Positions 38,455 through 47,614 are shown, numbered from the stretch's first letter. The stretch is DNA of 64,000 nt from an uncultured Candidatus Saccharibacteria bacterium (GCA_964384035.1 CAYLIB010000004.1:5340-69339), one strand, 5' to 3'. The notes: generated from the letters alone by a model not told the origin. Numbers and translations: made by a program.

Positions 38455-38766
38455 ATGAATAATGAAATGAACGAGGCTGTTAGGTTTCCTTTGTTAGAGG
38501 ACCTTCGGTTGTATCTAGGGGGAATGGATGAAAAGTATTCGGAGGTAAGTTTGGGATCAGTTTATTATATGGTGGTGAAAGATTTGAAGGCGGGTCATTT
38601 GACGTTAGACCAATTAAGAGAATTACACTTACGGACTAAGAAGTGTATGACGGATAGAGATACCTGGATGAATAATGGGGAGCTGTCTGATTTGGAACGA
38701 GATTTGGGTTCATTTTTAGAGGGCGTCGATTATGCAAAGATGAAAATAGAGAATGCTTTAAAATAA
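38455..38766 (+). CDS. Hypothetical protein
   Basis: 103-aa ORF. Confidence 0.4.
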   Translation: MNNEMNEAVRFPLLEDLRLYLGGMDEKYSEVSLGSVYYMVVKDLKAGHLTLDQLRELHLRTKKCMTDRDTWMNNGELSDLERDLGSFLEGVDYAKMKIENALK

Positions 38767-38873
38767 TTTATGGATAAATTAACCCTGAGTGATCGGGGTT
38801 TTGTCTTGACAAAATAGATAAAAATGTTATAAATATAAATTCTTTCATAATTCTAAACAAAGAGGATATTACT

Positions 38874-39299
38874 ATGTTTGAAGGTACTGGTCGGGTTATC
38901 CAGGGTTTGTTTGTTGCGGTGGTAGCTCTGATTGTTTTGGGTGTTGCTGGGGTTGCTTCTATGTATTGGTACAAAGGCCACCAAGTCAGCCAGGCAAAAC
39001 AACAGCAAGCTGAGACGGCAAACACATTGGGTCAGGTGTATAAAGCCAGGTTAATTATGAAGGAGCAGAAATTGCTCGTTTCTGAAATTAACGTTTGGCC
39101 CAGGAACGTTTTAGGTGACGCCGATCCTTCTTTTCCGCAGGAAGTGTTGCTGTTTAAGATTCCTGATGATCCACAAGTGACAGCAAAAAATAGATCGTTT
39201 GCTGTGGCTGGGCAAGGTACAGCGACTCGGGTGCTTTGGTTTACAGAAGCTGAAAATACCGTGCGCCCAGTCCGTTGCCGAGCAGAGTTCTGTAAATAG
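38874..39299 (+). CDS. Membrane-anchored hypothetical protein
   Basis: N-terminal TM helix; preferred over the overlapping low-complexity minus-strand ORF 39032-39640. Confidence 0.45.
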   Translation: MFEGTGRVIQGLFVAVVALIVLGVAGVASMYWYKGHQVSQAKQQQAETANTLGQVYKARLIMKEQKLLVSEINVWPRNVLGDADPSFPQEVLLFKIPDDPQVTAKNRSFAVAGQGTATRVLWFTEAENTVRPVRCRAEFCK

Positions 39300-39307
39300 T
39301 TAGTTGT

Positions 39308-39336
39308 TACCACTTTTGAAGTGGTATTTTTTATTT
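39308..39336 (+). terminator. Rho-independent terminator
   Basis: TACCACT-TTTGA-AGTGGTA hairpin plus a T-run. Confidence 0.7.
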
Positions 39337-39385
39337 TAGAATGTAATAGTGAAAGAAGTTTATTAAAAAAGGAAATAATAAAAAT

Positions 39386-39766
39386 ATGGTAAAAGGGAAT
39401 TATGTGGATGGGTTTGTGTTTTCGGTGCCTAAGGATAAAAAGTCTGATTACATGAAAATGGCTAAAGAGGCTAGCGCAGTTTGGAAGAAGTTTGGGGCGC
39501 TGGAATATAAAGAGTGTGTGGGTGACGACCTTGCGCCGGATTCCCAGGGTATGAAGGCTTGGAGTTTTCCGGCTATGGCTAAAACTAAACCTACGGAAGA
39601 AGTTTGGTTTTCGTTTATTGTTTTTAAATCGCGTGCACATCGCGACGCCGTAAATAAAAAAGTTATGGCGTTTTTTGCAAAGAAGTATGGTGATGAAATG
39701 GCAGCTATGCCATTCGATATGAAACGTTTTTCTTATGGTGGGTTTAAAGTAGAGGTTGGGGCATAG
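39386..39766 (+). CDS. DUF1428 (YbaA-like) family protein
   Basis: MVKGNYVDGFVFSVPKDKKSDYMKMAKEASAVWKKFGALEYKECVGDD resembles the DUF1428 N-terminus. Confidence 0.5.
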   Translation: MVKGNYVDGFVFSVPKDKKSDYMKMAKEASAVWKKFGALEYKECVGDDLAPDSQGMKAWSFPAMAKTKPTEEVWFSFIVFKSRAHRDAVNKKVMAFFAKKYGDEMAAMPFDMKRFSYGGFKVEVGA

Positions 39767-39796
39767 TTTATATTTTAGGAAGATTGGAACTAATTT

Positions 39797-40537
39797 ATGG
39801 ATTTTGAAAGACCTGATATAGCTACGTTTAATAATATTGAGAGAAATTATCCGGGGAATGACTCAGAGCTTTTAATAAATAGATTGCATAATCCGGACAT
39901 AAAGAAACAGATGTGCGATTTGATGTTTAGGTTAGGGCAGCGAAACCTTGAGCCGTCCTCGTATGAATTTTACGAACATGCTTATGATGTAAATTTGAAT
40001 AACCTTAAAAATTTTACAGAGCTTGATTTTGATTCAGGTGCACAGCATCGTGTTACCGCTATGGCGCTTCATTCGAAAAATCCTACTTCGGGTGAAAAGT
40101 ATACAGAAAAACAGTTGAGTGCCATTGAAGCGCATGAAAAAGGTCACGCGATAAGGAGATTCAATGGTCCGCAGTTTGACGAATATTTTAGAGCTGGGTT
40201 GGATATATCTAAAGTAAGATTTTCGGATGAAACCATTTGGGAAGCAAAGAAGATTCTTTCACCAACATACCCAGAAGATATGCCGGATGATTTGGTCTTA
40301 CATGAATTGTATGATTATTTTTTTTCTGGAATGGAGATAGCAGAACGAATGAATCAGTTAAAGAATTATTTTGGTTTTAGAGGTACTGAACAATTTACTA
40401 AAATACATTTAGAGATTGCTAGAGAACACTACGTTTCCGATATGGGTTTTGATAACTATATGTCATATTTTTTAAGTGCTATAACTCCAGAGAAGGAAGA
40501 TAAATTTTTGGAAATAATAAATAATTCAGGTATATGA
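39797..40537 (+). CDS. Hypothetical protein with an HExxH motif (HEKGH)
   Basis: 246 aa; overlaps the next gene by 4 nt. Confidence 0.5.
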   Translation: MDFERPDIATFNNIERNYPGNDSELLINRLHNPDIKKQMCDLMFRLGQRNLEPSSYEFYEHAYDVNLNNLKNFTELDFDSGAQHRVTAMALHSKNPTSGEKYTEKQLSAIEAHEKGHAIRRFNGPQFDEYFRAGLDISKVRFSDETIWEAKKILSPTYPEDMPDDLVLHELYDYFFSGMEIAERMNQLKNYFGFRGTEQFTKIHLEIAREHYVSDMGFDNYMSYFLSAITPEKEDKFLEIINNSGI

Positions 40538-41019
40538 CAGAAGAGAATAGATTTGGTGATTCTAATGAGGGTAGATATATTGATGTTAATGAGTTGGTTG
40601 AATCTGCAAGAAATAGATTGTTTGTTAAGGTAAGTCAGGGTTCAAGTGAGGAGTCCATAAGGGCAACCCTGGGAAAGGAAAAATCTAGGATTAGTATATT
40701 GGTAAATGCTGAAGGGGTTATCTTTATTAGTGATTCTGATCATTCAGATATTAAGAACAAAGACGAAGTTAAGAGGTATTATTCTATGGGGTCGCTACAG
40801 TTTACCAAAGGTGTTCTTACTCATTCCTGGTTGAATCGGGACATAGATATTTTACTTATTCGTTCAGACCTGGGTTCTTATAGTTATGTTGGTAATTCGG
40901 CTAGGGATAATGAACTTAGGAGGTCGGTAATTTCTAAAGTGCAAGATGAGTTGCGTGAAATATATCCAGAGATATATTTTTCTCCAGAAGTGTTATTGCA
41001 AGATTGGAGAAACGGCTAG
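40534..41019 (+). CDS. Hypothetical protein
   Basis: 161 aa; start overlaps the upstream stop (ATGA). Confidence 0.5.
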   Translation: MTEENRFGDSNEGRYIDVNELVESARNRLFVKVSQGSSEESIRATLGKEKSRISILVNAEGVIFISDSDHSDIKNKDEVKRYYSMGSLQFTKGVLTHSWLNRDIDILLIRSDLGSYSYVGNSARDNELRRSVISKVQDELREIYPEIYFSPEVLLQDWRNG

Positions 41020-41329
41020 TGTGATAATTGGCAGATCTAAGTTGTTATTTTTATTTTAGATAAAGGGGAAAATATTTTTTTGGGGATTTGTATGCTGGAT
41101 TTTTGAGTTTTCCACTTTTTTAGACTTGAATTCCTTTTAGGGGGGAGTATAGTAAAAGTAGAAAGGAAAGATTATAGATGAATAAGGCGCACCAGAGCTT
41201 CGGCTAACCCTTTTGGGTAAGTACAAGGCACTTAAGCCTATTGTCTAGAAGACTATTAACCCACAATATGAGTAAGACCGAAGCAATATAGCAGACCTGC
41301 ATTTATATGTTGAATGCAGGTCTGTTTTA

Positions 41330-41358
41330 TTTACAAAGGGTTGGAAAAATGTTATATT
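41330..41358 (+). promoter_or_regulatory. Sigma70-like promoter TTTACA-17-TATATT
   Basis: Read directly; lies ~90 nt upstream of the 41446 start, right after a hairpin plus T-run. Confidence 0.5.
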
Positions 41359-41445
41359 GAAACGTTTTTGGAAGATCTTTTAGGTTTTGGGCTGGGTTTT
41401 TGCCTAGTCTTCGATACTTATACTACAAAAACTAGGAGGAATAAG

Positions 41446-41676
41446 ATGTTTATTATCATCTGTGCGATCACGACAATATTGGGTGCTTTAATAGGGGCAC
41501 CTTACGACCATGCAGGTTATGGGGCTTTGGCTGGCTTCGCCGTTGGTGTGGTTTTTTCGGCTATGGCATGGGCTTTTGGTTTTGGTTGTGCTACCGAATG
41601 CTGTCTTGAGACAGCTGATGTGGCTGTTTCGAGTGGGTCTGTAGACTGCGATCCCCCAGACTGTGGAGACTGTTAA
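41446..41676 (+). CDS. Small membrane protein with a Cys-rich C-terminus (CATECC...CDPPDCGDC)
   Basis: AGGAGG SD before the ATG at 41446; the longer track ORF from 41314 lacks an RBS. Confidence 0.45.
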   Translation: MFIIICAITTILGALIGAPYDHAGYGALAGFAVGVVFSAMAWAFGFGCATECCLETADVAVSSGSVDCDPPDCGDC

Positions 41677-42077
41677 TGAAATCTTTATTGATAAGGTTAC
41701 TCAAGAAGATTTATTTGTACGCAAAGTGCGTTTATGCGAATAAGGTGACTTTATTTGGTTGGGTTTTCTTGGTCTTGGGTATTTCTATCTTGTTTCGCGG
41801 TATTAGGCATCCATTTTCAAGCGAATTTGCTGAGGCTGGTTTGATTTCAGAATTGGTTATTGCTTCTACCCTCCTAGTAATTACTAAACTAGGGATTGGG
41901 ACAATTAAATCTTATGTAAGGTCATATAAAGCCTTTCGTAAGAGAGTCGCTAGGGGTAAAGAGCTGAATCATTTTGAGATAATACCACGTAAAAGTTATT
42001 GTGGTTACGTAGGTATGAAATTGGCCTTGCAGGATGTACTATTGCGTGTGAAGAGGAAAAAAGAACATAGGGCTTGA
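41676..42077 (+). CDS. Membrane protein, hypothetical
   Basis: 133 aa with 2-3 TM helices; start overlaps the upstream stop. Confidence 0.45.
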   Translation: MKSLLIRLLKKIYLYAKCVYANKVTLFGWVFLVLGISILFRGIRHPFSSEFAEAGLISELVIASTLLVITKLGIGTIKSYVRSYKAFRKRVARGKELNHFEIIPRKSYCGYVGMKLALQDVLLRVKRKKEHRA

Positions 42078-42153
42078 AAAAGTCTTTTTTATTTGCAAAA
42101 AATTTTGAAAAGGTGTAAATTTTATTTTTTGTACAAATAACTAGGAGGTTTGT

Positions 42154-42456
42154 GTGAGAAATTTTTTGTCGAAAATGTGGGGAATTCCTGAAGAGCTTTA
42201 TAAGCCTATTCCAAGAAAGGGGCATTTCCTTCTTTGGGGGGCCGTGTGGCTAGTGACAGGTGTGGGTATGATGTTGGCTTCGGTTTTTTTAACAAGTAAT
42301 GTTGTATTCGCGCAAATCGCATTTGTGTTGGGGTTGCTTGTAACTGTGTTCATGGGGATGGCTGGCTTATGTATGTATAGTTGTCATTCCCTTATAGAAG
42401 AAAGCAGGTACAATGAAAGGATGAGATTGCGTGAGGATCATATTCCTTGGCATTAA
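42154..42456 (+). CDS. Membrane protein, hypothetical (GTG start)
   Basis: AGGAGG lies 7 nt upstream of the GTG; two TM helices. Confidence 0.45.
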   Translation: MRNFLSKMWGIPEELYKPIPRKGHFLLWGAVWLVTGVGMMLASVFLTSNVVFAQIAFVLGLLVTVFMGMAGLCMYSCHSLIEESRYNERMRLREDHIPWH

Positions 42457-42499
42457 GAATATACAAATAGACTTGACCTAAAAGTGTTTGGAGGCAAGT

Positions 42500-42841
42500 C
42501 TAATTTTTTATTTCTAGTGTTAGCCAGTTATAATACTCTTTATTTATGTGTAAGAATTCGTGAGCACTTATAAAGGGGACTTTGTCAGAGTGGTATTTTT
42601 GAACTATGTGTTCAGCCATGCGTAGGTGTTTACTAAATGTATAGAAAATTAGAAAACAGCCTTTGGCTGTTTTTACTTTTCCTTTTTTTGGTGGCCAATA
42701 GTAGAGGGTTTTGAATCTTGGAAGAATATCTGTACATGCGGCGATTCGGTTTTTAAGTAATTGCTTGGCTATTCTTTCTGCTTCTTTGGTGTTATTGCAG
42801 CTCGTTGTTACTTGAATTACTTTGTGTGAAATTAGGGACAT
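42500..42841 (-). CDS. CutA1 divalent-cation tolerance protein family
   Basis: RIAACTDILPRFKTLYYW...FISAHEF matches the CutA pattern AAC.NI.P...S.Y.W. Confidence 0.6.
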   Translation of the reverse strand: MSLISHKVIQVTTSCNNTKEAERIAKQLLKNRIAACTDILPRFKTLYYWPPKKGKVKTAKGCFLIFYTFSKHLRMAEHIVQKYHSDKVPFISAHEFLHINKEYYNWLTLEIKN

Positions 42842-42847
42842 GGCGGT

Positions 42848-43165
42848 TTATTCTGCTATATAAAAAATAGGTAGTTCGGTTTGAGGGAGTTCTGCTACTT
42901 CAAATTTTTCTACAGAAGACCAAGCAGGAGAGTTACGACACCAGTTAACTAGTTCTTCTAGATATTCCTTTCTGCCTTGTGCTTCGAAATATACCGTAGT
43001 TTTATCAGATTCGTTTTTTACGAAACCCATTAAATGTAAGTCGTGAGCTTTGTGCATAATAGCTTGCCTTAGGCCTACACCTTGAACAAGCCCAGTAAGC
43101 TTAACTGCTATATGACGTTCTTCAACGCGTTCGGTTGGTTTATTGTGGGAGTGATTTTCTATCAT
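42848..43165 (-). CDS. Acylphosphatase
   Basis: VKLTGLVQGVGLRQ and GFVKN signatures. Confidence 0.7.
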   Translation of the reverse strand: MIENHSHNKPTERVEERHIAVKLTGLVQGVGLRQAIMHKAHDLHLMGFVKNESDKTTVYFEAQGRKEYLEELVNWCRNSPAWSSVEKFEVAELPQTELPIFYIAE

Positions 43166-43878
43166 TTTAGGAGTTGGTAGTTGTTAAGTTTATAAATTAC
43201 ATCTTTTCTTTCTACGACTATTGTCCATTTATTTTTTTGTGCTATTTTGGCTAGTTCTAAATTTGGATTAAAGGCTATGGGCTTTCCTACGGATTCCAGT
43301 AACGGTAGATCGCTTGTTGTATCTCCTATGGCCGTGCTTGCTTTCCAGTTTACGTTTAAGTGTTGTGCTTCTACATATTCTTTTAAAGTTTTGAATTTAT
43401 CTTCGTCGCCAATCTTTATAACTCCACCGGTGAATTTGCCATTCTCTACCACAAAATGCGAACCGAAACTAGCGTTGAATTTTAAGAGTTCGGCAAATTT
43501 AGATACAAGAAAATATGGAGAGCCGGAAACAGCGACTAAGTGGAAATTATTTTTTTTAAATTCTTTTACTAAATTTCGTGTGTATATGTATTGCCTGTCG
43601 CCTTGTTCTTCGATAATTTTACTACTAACTTTTAAAATTTCTTTTTCGCTTTTCTCGGGAATGTATTTCATAAATACATTAATAAGCTGGGTGAGGTATT
43701 TGGGGTAACTGCCTTTGCGGTCTAACCAATTTTGGTAGTCGAATTCTATTTCCTTGCCGGCTTGTTTTGGGAAAATACCCTCACGTACCAGTGAGTGAAT
43801 TAGTTCGACTGCGAGGCTGGAACGAAAAATGGTGCCATCGATATCGAAAACTGCTATCTTTATAGTAGATGCTTTCAT
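43162..43878 (-). CDS. HAD-superfamily hydrolase (subfamily IB / phosphoserine phosphatase-like)
   Basis: FDIDGTIF motif I and GDTTSD motif IV. Confidence 0.7.
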   Translation of the reverse strand: MKASTIKIAVFDIDGTIFRSSLAVELIHSLVREGIFPKQAGKEIEFDYQNWLDRKGSYPKYLTQLINVFMKYIPEKSEKEILKVSSKIIEEQGDRQYIYTRNLVKEFKKNNFHLVAVSGSPYFLVSKFAELLKFNASFGSHFVVENGKFTGGVIKIGDEDKFKTLKEYVEAQHLNVNWKASTAIGDTTSDLPLLESVGKPIAFNPNLELAKIAQKNKWTIVVERKDVIYKLNNYQLLK

Positions 43879-43923
43879 AGAGTCATTTTACTTGAAACCA
43901 AGACAAAAATGTAGGAGGGGATT

Positions 43924-44385
43924 ATGTATTCTATTAAATCGCGATTGGTTATGGGGGAAATGGTGTTGCCAACGTGGATATCTACCAGTAGGGATTTAGG
44001 TAATGTTCTTATGGACAAAGGGGTGGAGAAGGATGATATATATTGGCAAGCATTGCCAGTGGTAGGAAGTATACCTCAAAAAGCACGAGCTGAAATTCCC
44101 TTTGTAACTACGGATAGCGGTGTATTCGTGGAGATTAAGAGACTTGGAAATGTGCAGTTCTGGTTAAACGGTCCTAGGCTTATTCTCGATACAGAGAATT
44201 TGAAACAAATGGGGGTAATGTTGGATTCGAGGTGCGGGATGCTTGCGAGTACAGCTGATTGGCAAATCGAGGTAAAGATTTTAGATATCGTGTCGGCAAG
44301 TTTATCCGCTCATTGCTTCCATACGAAACCTACTATTTTAGGACATCCATCCAATTGCTTTATAGCTAAGTTAATTAAATCTTAG
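43924..44385 (+). CDS. Hypothetical protein
   Basis: 153-aa ORF. Confidence 0.4.
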   Translation: MYSIKSRLVMGEMVLPTWISTSRDLGNVLMDKGVEKDDIYWQALPVVGSIPQKARAEIPFVTTDSGVFVEIKRLGNVQFWLNGPRLILDTENLKQMGVMLDSRCGMLASTADWQIEVKILDIVSASLSAHCFHTKPTILGHPSNCFIAKLIKS

Positions 44386-44555
44386 TTTACCCAATTTTGT
44401 TGGGTTTTTTAATTAATTATAACCATTGCGAAAATAGCTTAAATTGTTATTGTGCGCAGTTATTTTCTGACTTGTTTTTGAGTATTTATAAGAACGTTTA
44501 AAAGATTGGCTCTTTCAGTATTCGGAACATTTGCTAATTGTAGTTCTGGTGAATG

Positions 44556-45325
44556 TTAATCTTCATATTCATATTCTCGTTGTGCATCATGGGCAGTACT
44601 AGATTCAGAATTAATTTGTGAAAATTTATTTATAAAGCCAGTAACTCGTGGTGCTTCTAGGTCCTTAAATTTTTTGGAATGTAGAACGTCCCGGTGTATA
44701 AAACCTACTTCGTTTAATGTTCTTTTTATGATTGTCTTGTCGTATTGTTTTGTGAATAGCGCAGAAAGGCCGTCGATGAGTTTGTGATTTTTTGGATTTT
44801 ATCAACTGCTACTAAAAATTTATTATTTACCTCGGTTTCGTATTCTTCGGGAGAATTTTCCGGATATAAGTCTAGGAATTTTAGAAACTCGTAAAGTTTG
44901 CGACCTGCTTTGTTTTTTACAGATTTGGGTGCTTCTCGTTCAAGAACAGAAAAATCTGGGTTGGAGTTATTGGCTTCAGATTTAGAACAGTTGAAAAGCT
45001 TTTCTAGGTGTCTCGCTGGTCTAGAGTTTCCTCAGAGTAGAGGAATTAGTTGTTGCCATGAATGACCGTTTAGTTCACGCGGGAGTCTTGGGTTCTCTTT
45101 AAAATTAACGCTAATTATTTCTGGTAATTGAACATATTCGAAAGAGTCGGGTAGTTTACGAAGTTCAAGTGGAGTATCGGATCCTGCTCGCTCACGAAAA
45201 ATATCGATAAGAGTCGCTTCCGCTACTTGCCTTTGTTCTTTTTGTGATTCTTGTGTTTCGGGTTGTGTATTTATTTCTACTAGATCTGCGCCTTCAGGCC
45301 CGGATTTGTAACCTTTTTTATTCAT
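44556..45325 (-). pseudogene. Decayed gene: a 97-codon ORF ends at an in-frame TGA, the same frame stays open ~95 more codons, and a third segment continues in another frame
   Basis: Hand translation of the minus strand below 45032: ...LIPLL*GNSRPARHLEKLFNCSKSEANN...RQS* and then ...GFIHRDVLHSKKFKDLEAPRV...EYEYED*. The 650-bp stretch has no ORF of 60 aa or more in a gene-dense genome. Confidence 0.5.
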
Positions 45326-45565
45326 ACGCGTGGGCTAATTATACCAGGCAAAATTTTGAATAAGAATAAAAAATTATCTTATCTTTGAAGAGTTTAAATT
45401 GTATAAAAGATTTTTATATTATTTACTTATCAATGAAAAAGAAAAAAATTACAAAGGAGAATAGTTTTTACAAGAAAAAGTTGAGTGTTTTTTTATGGAC
45501 AGAATCTCTGGTTTATGCTAGAGTGCGCTTTAAAATCTTGAAATTTAGAAAGGAGGGAAACTGAA

Positions 45566-46627
45566 ATGTATTCGCATTTGTTTTTTCGAATGAGTAAACG
45601 ATTTCAGCGGTATGTGCAACGCTCGGGTTGGCTTGTGCTTTTCTTGCCGCTACTGGGAACTTTCGTCATTGGCGCGGTTTTTATGCCGATGATCGAGAAA
45701 ACGGGAACGCTTCAGTCTTTCAATAACTATTGGTGGTGGTTTTGGGTTACCATACTAACCATTGGGTACGGCGATGTTTATCCGATAACGATTCCTGGTA
45801 AACTTCTAACTATAGTAATTTGCACCATTGGCCTGTGTACTGCTGGTGCGATTATAAACAAGCTTGGTCAGGCTTGGGAATACAGAGGGAGGTTAAGATT
45901 TATGGGACTTGCACAACTTAAACTTAAAGACCACATTGTTATTTATGGTTGGCGGGAAGAGGAAACACAGTTGCTGGTTGCAGAACTCTTGGCAGACCAA
46001 AAGGAGCATGAGCAAAAAGAAATCGTGCTGTGTTCTGCAAGCCAGACTACTAACCCCATGCCTGATTTGGTTGAATTTGTACATGGTACGCTTGCTTCTA
46101 ATGAAGTTATCCAGAAGGCGTGCGTTGCGGATGCAAGCATGGTAATAATTCATGCGTCTGAAGACGAAAAGTCTGTCTTGGCTACGCTCAAGGTTTGCAA
46201 AGTTAACTCTACTGCGCGGATTATTGTAAAGCTTGACGACCCGCAATTTCAGGAGCACCTCCATGTAGTCTCCAGTCGGATTGAATGTTCGCTGCCCCTT
46301 AGCGTTGCGCTCATAGCACAGGAAGCAAAGATGCCGGGAATTATAAAGCTTATGAGAGGCATGGTTGCTCTGGGGGAAGAGGATGAACTTCATTCGGTGA
46401 CAGTACCGGAGTGGGTGAGGGCTTTTAAGTACAAACATTTTCGAACGATCCTTATGGATGAGCTGGAGGGGTTGGCTCTGGGTATTGGGTTTACAGAAAA
46501 TGGAAGCCTAAGAGTAGTAAACCGTCCAACAGGAAATACTTTAGTAGAACCAGGGACACTAATTTACTACCAAGCCGAGAAGCCTCTTACTAAAAAGCAA
46601 ATAGAGGATATTTTCGCTAGGGTCTAA
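45566..46627 (+). CDS. Two-TM potassium channel with a C-terminal RCK/TrkA-N domain (MthK-like)
   Basis: Selectivity filter TIGYGD; RCK region IVIYGWREE...; SD AAAGGAGGG upstream. Confidence 0.8.
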   Translation: MYSHLFFRMSKRFQRYVQRSGWLVLFLPLLGTFVIGAVFMPMIEKTGTLQSFNNYWWWFWVTILTIGYGDVYPITIPGKLLTIVICTIGLCTAGAIINKLGQAWEYRGRLRFMGLAQLKLKDHIVIYGWREEETQLLVAELLADQKEHEQKEIVLCSASQTTNPMPDLVEFVHGTLASNEVIQKACVADASMVIIHASEDEKSVLATLKVCKVNSTARIIVKLDDPQFQEHLHVVSSRIECSLPLSVALIAQEAKMPGIIKLMRGMVALGEEDELHSVTVPEWVRAFKYKHFRTILMDELEGLALGIGFTENGSLRVVNRPTGNTLVEPGTLIYYQAEKPLTKKQIEDIFARV

Positions 46628-46685
46628 CTTTACTACTATAGTTGCACTTGCAACTTGAGTGGTAAAGTTTTTTTATTTGACAGAT
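46627..46685 (+). terminator. Long hairpin (AACTTTAC ... GTAAAGTT with an inner GTTGCA-CT-TGCAAC palindrome) followed by a T8 run
   Basis: Read directly; the loop is unusually long. Confidence 0.45.
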
Positions 46686-46704
46686 TTTTGGGAAAGATTA
46701 TAAT
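46677..46704 (+). promoter_or_regulatory. Consensus promoter TTGACA-16-TATAAT in front of the nrtR-like gene; a GTGTA-N5-TACAC inverted repeat follows at 46705-46719
   Basis: Exact hexamers; the inverted repeat fits a GT-N7-AC core pattern. Confidence 0.6.
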
Positions 46705-46737
46705 GTGTATATCTTACACTAAGTAATAAATTTAGTA

Positions 46738-47412
46738 ATGACAAAGATTTTAAAAAAGTATAAACATGCTGTTATTGCAACCGATGTTGTAATTTTTACG
46801 GTGGATGAAAATAAGCTTAAAGTGTTACTGATTTCTATGAAGAAAGCTCCCTTTTCTGGGAAACTGGCTATTCCGGGTGGGTTAGTATTGGGAGATGAAT
46901 CTATAGACCAAGGAGCCGAGCGAATACTTCGTGAGAAGGCGGGTATAGAGAATGTATATTTGGAACAGTTGTATACATTTGGAAAAGTAGATAGGGATCC
47001 GTTTGGTAGGGTGGTCTCTGTGGCTTACTTTGCACTGCTTCCCAATACCCATGTCCAACTAAAGACCACCACGGAATATTCGGGGATTGGGTGGTATGAT
47101 GCTCGTAATTTACGAGGGTTGGCTTACGACCACGATGAAGTTTTAAGGACTGCAATTGAGAGGCTTAAGAATAAGATAGAGTATACGAACGTGGTTTATA
47201 GTCTGTTACCAAAGGAGTTTACTTTGACTGAGCTACAGAAAGTCTATGAAGTTATTTTGGATAGACGCTTGGATAAACGAAATTTTAGGAAAAAGCTTCA
47301 GGAAACGAAAATGCTTAAGAAGTTGGCTAAAAAGCAAAAAGATTCCGCGCATAGACCTGCTGAGCTTTATTCTTTTGTTAAAAAAACTATAACTAGAGTT
47401 CAAATGTTATAA
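46738..47412 (+). CDS. nrtR: NrtR-like Nudix-related transcriptional regulator (N-terminal Nudix fold with a degenerate Nudix box plus a C-terminal winged helix)
   Basis: Nudix region GGLVLGDESIDQGAERILREKAGI (RE..EE reduced to REKAG). C-terminal EFTLTELQKVYEVILDRRLDKRNFRKK matches the NrtR wHTH; it sits beside NAD salvage genes. Confidence 0.7.
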   Translation: MTKILKKYKHAVIATDVVIFTVDENKLKVLLISMKKAPFSGKLAIPGGLVLGDESIDQGAERILREKAGIENVYLEQLYTFGKVDRDPFGRVVSVAYFALLPNTHVQLKTTTEYSGIGWYDARNLRGLAYDHDEVLRTAIERLKNKIEYTNVVYSLLPKEFTLTELQKVYEVILDRRLDKRNFRKKLQETKMLKKLAKKQKDSAHRPAELYSFVKKTITRVQML

Positions 47413-47436
47413 GTTAGGCAATAAATTGGTTGATGC

Positions 47437-47448
47437 GTCAATATTGAC
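47437..47448. promoter_or_regulatory. Perfect 12-bp palindrome GTCAATATTGAC between the nrtR-like gene and the kinase-like gene
   Basis: Read directly. Confidence 0.3.
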
Positions 47449-47614
47449 ATTTTGGGTAAATTTTAGAAGAATATGCGGTATTTTGTTTCTGTTTCTGGCT
47501 TGAGAATTGGGGCCAAGGAAAATGCTAGGCCCTAAGTCTCTTGCTTGAAAAACCCTACGTGGGTGGCTCAGGCAGGAATGCACATATCAAAAGAATAGGA
47601 GGTTTAGTAGCCAA

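Noticed and set aside
39032-39640. Minus-strand 202-aa ORF overlapping two plus-strand genes
   Set aside because: The sequence is low-complexity and Arg/Lys/Phe-rich (MCTRFKNNKRKPNFFRRFSF...). It overlaps the DUF1428-like gene, which has recognisable similarity, and the plus-strand terminator. It is most likely a spurious antisense ORF.
41100-41335. Candidate small RNA ending in the hairpin CAGACCTGCATT...AATGCAGGTCTG plus T-run
   Set aside because: It is a strong terminator-like hairpin, but I could find neither a convincing promoter nor conserved structure upstream. It may simply terminate the 40534-41019 gene with a long 3' UTR, so it is kept only as a note.
44556-45325. UGA recoding (Gracilibacteria/SR1-type code 25) as an explanation for the in-frame TGA
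   Set aside because: TGA clearly terminates well-conserved genes here (e.g. glmS ends ...VTVE-TGA), and many ORFs have full-length homologue-like proteins under code 11. The frame also shifts further downstream, so a pseudogene is the simpler explanation.
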